DNA of 64,000 bases from contig CAJFCJ010000013.1 of the NCBI GenBank assembly GCA_904063045.1, positions 1,098,156-1,162,155 of the forward strand, given 5' to 3'. A program made the translations under genes and the position numbers. Shown here one piece after another: positions 59,350-64,000 of this stretch. The notes under the pieces were generated by a model. It was given only the letters and a program-made list of their open reading frames with translations. It was not told the DNA's origin and made no database searches. Numbering within the stretch: the stretch's first letter is position 1; each line of letters begins with the position of its first letter. This DNA comes from Dimorphilus gyrociliatus (lineage: Eukaryota > Animalia > Annelida).

Positions 59350-62300
59350 TTCTCACAATAATCTTTAAAGATGGCGTTTTGATTTTTTTATATTGAGGCG
59401 CCATTTTTATTTTCTTATTAAACGCCGTACTTCACACCTCAAATTAATTATATCTTTTTTAATTAAAACATAGTTCGTTCACCAGATTTACTATTTCTGG
59501 CTTTAGTTATCCTTTATTGGTTCTAATATTCTTATAGACACTAAAAAAAGGCTTAAGTTAATCTTTGCGCAACTTTAATTGTTTTCCTTTTTAGGATATT
59601 CATCGATTAAGAATTAAAAATAGTTCTTTATGTGGGAAACTTTAACAGATGATCCATTTATATTATTGCGCGTATCCCTCCGAAAAACAACAACTAGGCC
59701 TAGGTTAATTTCTGAAAATCAACTTTCTAATTAGACTATGAGTACGATATGTACCAATAGAACAAATATATATATTGAGCGGCTTAAACATCCAAATTTA
59801 TGATAAAAGTTTTATCTTCATTCACTTAGTGAAAAGAGGTTTCGTGTTTGAACGAATATGTTATTATACTTTTTTTGGAACATTTAACAATATCGTAAAG
59901 TTTTATCTATCGATTATGAAATTGTAGTGATTTATACTTAATAACTATGAAAATTATATTTTTTTCACACTAATAGTTTTTTATACCACTACTTTTGTTG
60001 AACTCTTTTTAAAGTAAGAGAAAAAGAAAGTTTATTGACGGTTTATATTTCATTTATTTATAACTATTGGCGGAGAGAAATCCTTTTACTTTTAATAATT
60101 TTTAATCTAAAATGTTTTTGTATTTATTTTCTTATGAAAAATTAACAATACGATATTGAAAGATTTTATAATATAAATATTTTCAAAGTTGTCGATAAAC
60201 CGCGAAATTAGTTTTTCTGAAAACTGGTAAGAGAGTGATTGTTTTGCTATACATGGTTCCAGTCGAATGGTCAGTTAATCGCTTCACCTATTAATCACGG
60301 AACACGGTTGCGCACTAACTGATTGTTTATTGCTTTTTTTGAGCGATTCATTTTCTTTCTCACGAGTTTTCTCTTTTTTGCCTCAAAAGAAGGAAATTTG
60401 AACGGTTATTTCCTAAAATCCGTATATCTAATTTCCTCGAATGGATACGGGACGAAGAAAGAAAATTGGAACTTTTCCGTATCTTTTATTTTAAAGGTGC
60501 GTAGTGGCGCCATCCGTAGTAATAATAGAAGGACTTGCAAACTTTCTCTCCAAGTGCAATGCCTGGATTTAAAGAAAAATGTAAAGAAGAAAACCAAACT
60601 GAGGTAACAGAGATCAAGAGTCAATAACTTGAAATTCGCTAAAAATTATTTCTAAGCGATTCAAGTTATCAATTATAGTTTGTTTATAAATCCGCACCAG
60701 TCAGGACAAGGCGTGGGAACTAAAAGTAAGTGTGTGAATCAGCCATGGGAATTAGGTCAGGAATGATGGCGCTTTTAAATATCTTAAGTACCTATCGTAA
60801 TTCGAATTTAGATTAAGTAGGAAATAAATAAACTATTTAATTCACCTGTCAATCACTTATCAAGGGTATGGAAGGTTAACGAAAGAATAAGCCTTACGGA
60901 AGTTATATAGTTAATTTCTATGAAGAAATTACCTTCTATTTCTAGTTTAGTTCTTCACGAAAAATGTTTTACCATAAGATTCATTGTTTTTAGGAGGAAA
61001 ATTGGTCATAAGGAAAATCATTGAGTGTTTTGTATTACGGCACACGCTATGCTACAGGTGCCGTTCTCTCACGGCCCTGTTTTAATGCTAATGTCTCTTT
61101 GCAGTTTTTTTACAGGTGCTTTATAACAATGTTTGCTAAAAAAATAAAGCAATTCCTTTTAAATCTACTCTTTCCCCTCTACCCGTCCCGCCCCGCCCCC
61201 TTGTCTTTGCATATTTAGTATATTTAAAAAGAGAAACGGGTACTTTTTATTTTATAAGTCACGTAGAACTTATGTAATTAGTATGCATGAACAGCCTTAG
61301 ATCAAGTAAGACGTCCATCAAATTTCTCTTTGGTCAATAAGAAAAGATGTTCATTTTTCAACAATATACTTCATAGTTCTTTTCTAACGTTCTGATTAAA
61401 TATTAAAACAATTCACTGGCGCCAAATTTTGTTCTTTTGTTCTGGTAAAAGAATACATCCTTATTATCGCTTATCATTCCGTTTATAACTTGTGTGGTAG
61501 ATAAATTTTCAGTTATTACATCATATATACGTACTTCAATATAATTATTATTTATATTATATATTTTTTTCGAATCATTTTCTCATTTCAATTTGGAGAC
61601 TGTATTTATTATTGTAAAATGAATTCTTAGAAGTAGCATTGATTCTAAAATATCAAAAAATTATTCCTAGGGGTGTGGAAACGACTTATAATTTAGAGAA
61701 TATCTTAATATTAAGTGTATTCTTATAAATCTAATAACAAGATATAGGTATATATATAGATAATATTTAATAATTTATTGGTTTGTTTTAAGTTTTAGTC
61801 TCTATTTGTTTGTTTTAGAAGATTAATTTATTTTTAAGAAAAGACGCTCTTTTTGTTTTGTTAAAAAAAATTCAGGTAAGGAATATTGATCAAGTAGGTA
61901 ATTATACTAATTCTTTTGAGGTAGCTAAACTATTCAAACTCTCTATAATATGTTTTTACAAAGAGAAATGAATTTCAGCGATTTTCTCTTGTGAAAAAAA
62001 ATTTAAATTGATATTTTCTTACGAAATTATAGAGCTAATTAGAACGATGACAAAAAACTTTTTGTTTAATTAAATCTAATTTTTAAAAATATAAACTATT
62101 GCTATCTAATTAAACAGTGAGCATTAGGGTCATTAAGTATTAAGTATAGTGAAGAAAGAAAGCGAAATTATTTCGATTTTTTTGTCAACAAATCCGTTTC
62201 CAATAAATACCCCCGTAGGTGCTACGCCGATAAATTTATGTAACGTTATAAGCTTTTTTATACAATCCTGTTAGCATTCAACGAGATGCAGTCGCCGGCT

Positions 62301-63122
62301 AAGCATATTATGTTTAACCGTTACGGTTGTATTCGTAACAATCGCTTGAGACATCCTTTTTCTCATCTAACTTATTTTATGGTATTTTTGTTTTTTAAAA
62401 AGAATTCTGACAAAAAGATAATATATGACATTTCTATTCAAAGATGTTTCATTTTTTCCCACAGAAAGTTGTACTTTAGTTATGGTTTTTGAATAGTTTT
62501 TTTTTCTTTTTCTTGCTTTTTCGAATTATTTTCGTTAGTTATTCGTCTTCAAAGATTATTTTACTGATTGTTTTACTTTTACCATTGATTTTTCTATTCG
62601 TTAGTATTTGATCTAATTTCTATTTTTTTGTTTTCAGGGGTGTTACGGCTACCATACTCCTCAACATTCAAATCTACACACTAATACTTTTGGAGTTGGA
62701 TTACTACCTACTTCACCTTACTTGCATATGCATCATCAAAGTAATTATTATATTTCCTTAGGACAATTTTTATGTAGATAATATTCTGATGGAAATATCG
62801 TGTATTTAGGCGGAAGTAATATGTACCACGATTCAGGACCAGTTGATTTATCGGGAACTGGATCTCATAAGGTGACTAAACAAGAGAACGTTCAACCTGT
62901 ACTTATGCCTATGTATCCACCTCTATCTCTCCACGGTAAGTCCTTTTATTAAAAGTGCAAAAAACAAAAAAGAAACAAAAACAGAAAGCAACAATTTTTA
63001 AAAAAAAGGCCTATATAGCTGAAAAAATAAATATAACTTAATAATGATAATCTAATACTTGTGAAGAAAAAAAGTGAAACAAAAGACGTTAAAGAAATAC
63101 AGTTAAAGAAAGAGTGTGAGAA
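59350..63122. promoter_or_regulatory. Cluster of CSL/Su(H) binding motifs around the Su(H) 5' region
   Basis: YGTGRGAA at 59350(-), 59631(+), 60357(-), 60712(+), 63115(+); relaxed matches TGTGTGAA at 60731 and CATGGGAA at 60744. Confidence 0.55.
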
Positions 63123-64000
63123 AAATTTTGGATATCAACAGATGTCTTTCCTAATAATTAATATTGAATAAATAACGATAGTGAGTGCCGCGTTGGCGAC
63201 ATTTTAGCATTAGAGTCGTAAAGACAATTAGTCTTGAAGGAATGTAATTAATAGCGTGAAGGAATCATCGTTTTTCATTTTTTTTTACTTTTGGTTTTTT
63301 TACGCAAAGATTTCTCAAAAATATAATAAACTGTTATTTTATCTGAGATGGAAGGATATTTTGAAGATGATTATTATTCCATAGATGAATTTGCTAGGAG
63401 GTTCTTCGATCATGATACTTATGCTGGAGGTTTAGTTCAATTTTCATTTAATATTTAGTCAATTTTTAAGTATAGGTGTAAGAATACACCTTGAAAAATT
63501 TCTATATTCAGCTTAATATCTTATCTTTTCAGAACCTCATACTTTTCAACATGCTCCAATTCAAACGAGCAAAGAAAATGGACAACTCGGCCAACCGCCA
63601 CCGTTAATAATCTCTCCGAACAATGACGAAGCTTCAAAGTCACCACCGTCTAATGGAAATCCAAGAACAGAACCTAACGATACAGTCCTAAAATTAGCAA
63701 ATACCAATAATAATGGGTAAATATCTAAAATTTTGTTATCTATCATTCCTGTTTACTTTATTAAAGATTTCAATTTATCTTTTTTTTTCTTGTCAGCCAA
63801 TTGACAGAAACCAGGTTGACTAGGTAAGTGAAATGGAAAGCACTAGAGCCTTTCTGGCCTGGTGTCTTACTATTAATTGTACGGATAATTCTTACAACTT
63901 ATTTCTTTCTCCAGGGAAGCTATGCGTGATTATTTAAGCCATCGATGTCACCATACTCTTGTAATATACCATGCAAAGGTTGCCCAGAAAAGTTACGGTA
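60559..64000 (+). CDS. RBPJ: Suppressor of Hairless / RBPJ (CSL) transcription factor, 5' part (runs off the window)
   Basis: Exons 62638-62740, 62810-62935, 63533-63716, 63797-63823 and 63915->64000 join in phase and end [31 protein letters not shown], the CSL NTD start. The first coding exon 60559-60603 (MPGFKEKCKEENQTE) is less certain. Confidence 0.93.

Noticed and set aside
60323-60607. 94-aa + strand ORF upstream of Su(H)
   Set aside because: Non-ATG start and no protein-like features; overlaps the probable 5' UTR and first exon in another frame.
62286-62492. ORF MQSPAKHIMFNRY... as another Su(H) first exon
   Set aside because: The nearest donor gives phase 1, which hits a stop in the 62638 exon. 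No support without RNA data.

Overview
This is eukaryotic, AT-rich, very gene-dense animal DNA. Introns are mostly 50-70 nt with GT-AG ends, and intergenic gaps are often only 0.1-2 kb. That fits a compacted invertebrate genome such as a miniature annelid; the taxon is my inference and is not verifiable here. By manual splicing and translation I support 16 protein-coding genes, in order: a CH-like + ankyrin-repeat gene (runs off the left edge), DPH1, a membrane-bound CREB3L1/2-type bZIP factor, class I fructose-bisphosphate aldolase, an atypical Rab-like GTPase, COX6A, an intronless TRIM-NHL ligase, a ~16.7 kb RP1/LOXHD1-like gene (2 DCX, beta-trefoil region, 22 PLAT repeats in 11 doublets) containing a nested antisense ORF, a secreted Calx-beta protein, a p24/TMED cargo receptor, Greatwall/MASTL, OSBP, ACP1 (LMW-PTP), ZDHHC5/8, a second LMW-PTP paralog, and the 5' part of Su(H)/RBPJ. 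No rRNA, tRNA, CRISPR array or intact mobile element was recognised. The main leads are: (1) the nested antisense 196-aa ORF with five dynein-light-chain (LC8)-type Q-anchored motifs inside an intron of the ciliary DCX-PLAT gene; (2) the LMW-PTP paralog, which has lost both catalytic residues and is a candidate pseudophosphatase; (3) a cluster of CSL binding sites around the divergent pseudophosphatase/Su(H) promoter and in Su(H) introns; (4) several unannotated small exons and micro-genes. All family calls come from motif recognition by eye; no database searches were run.
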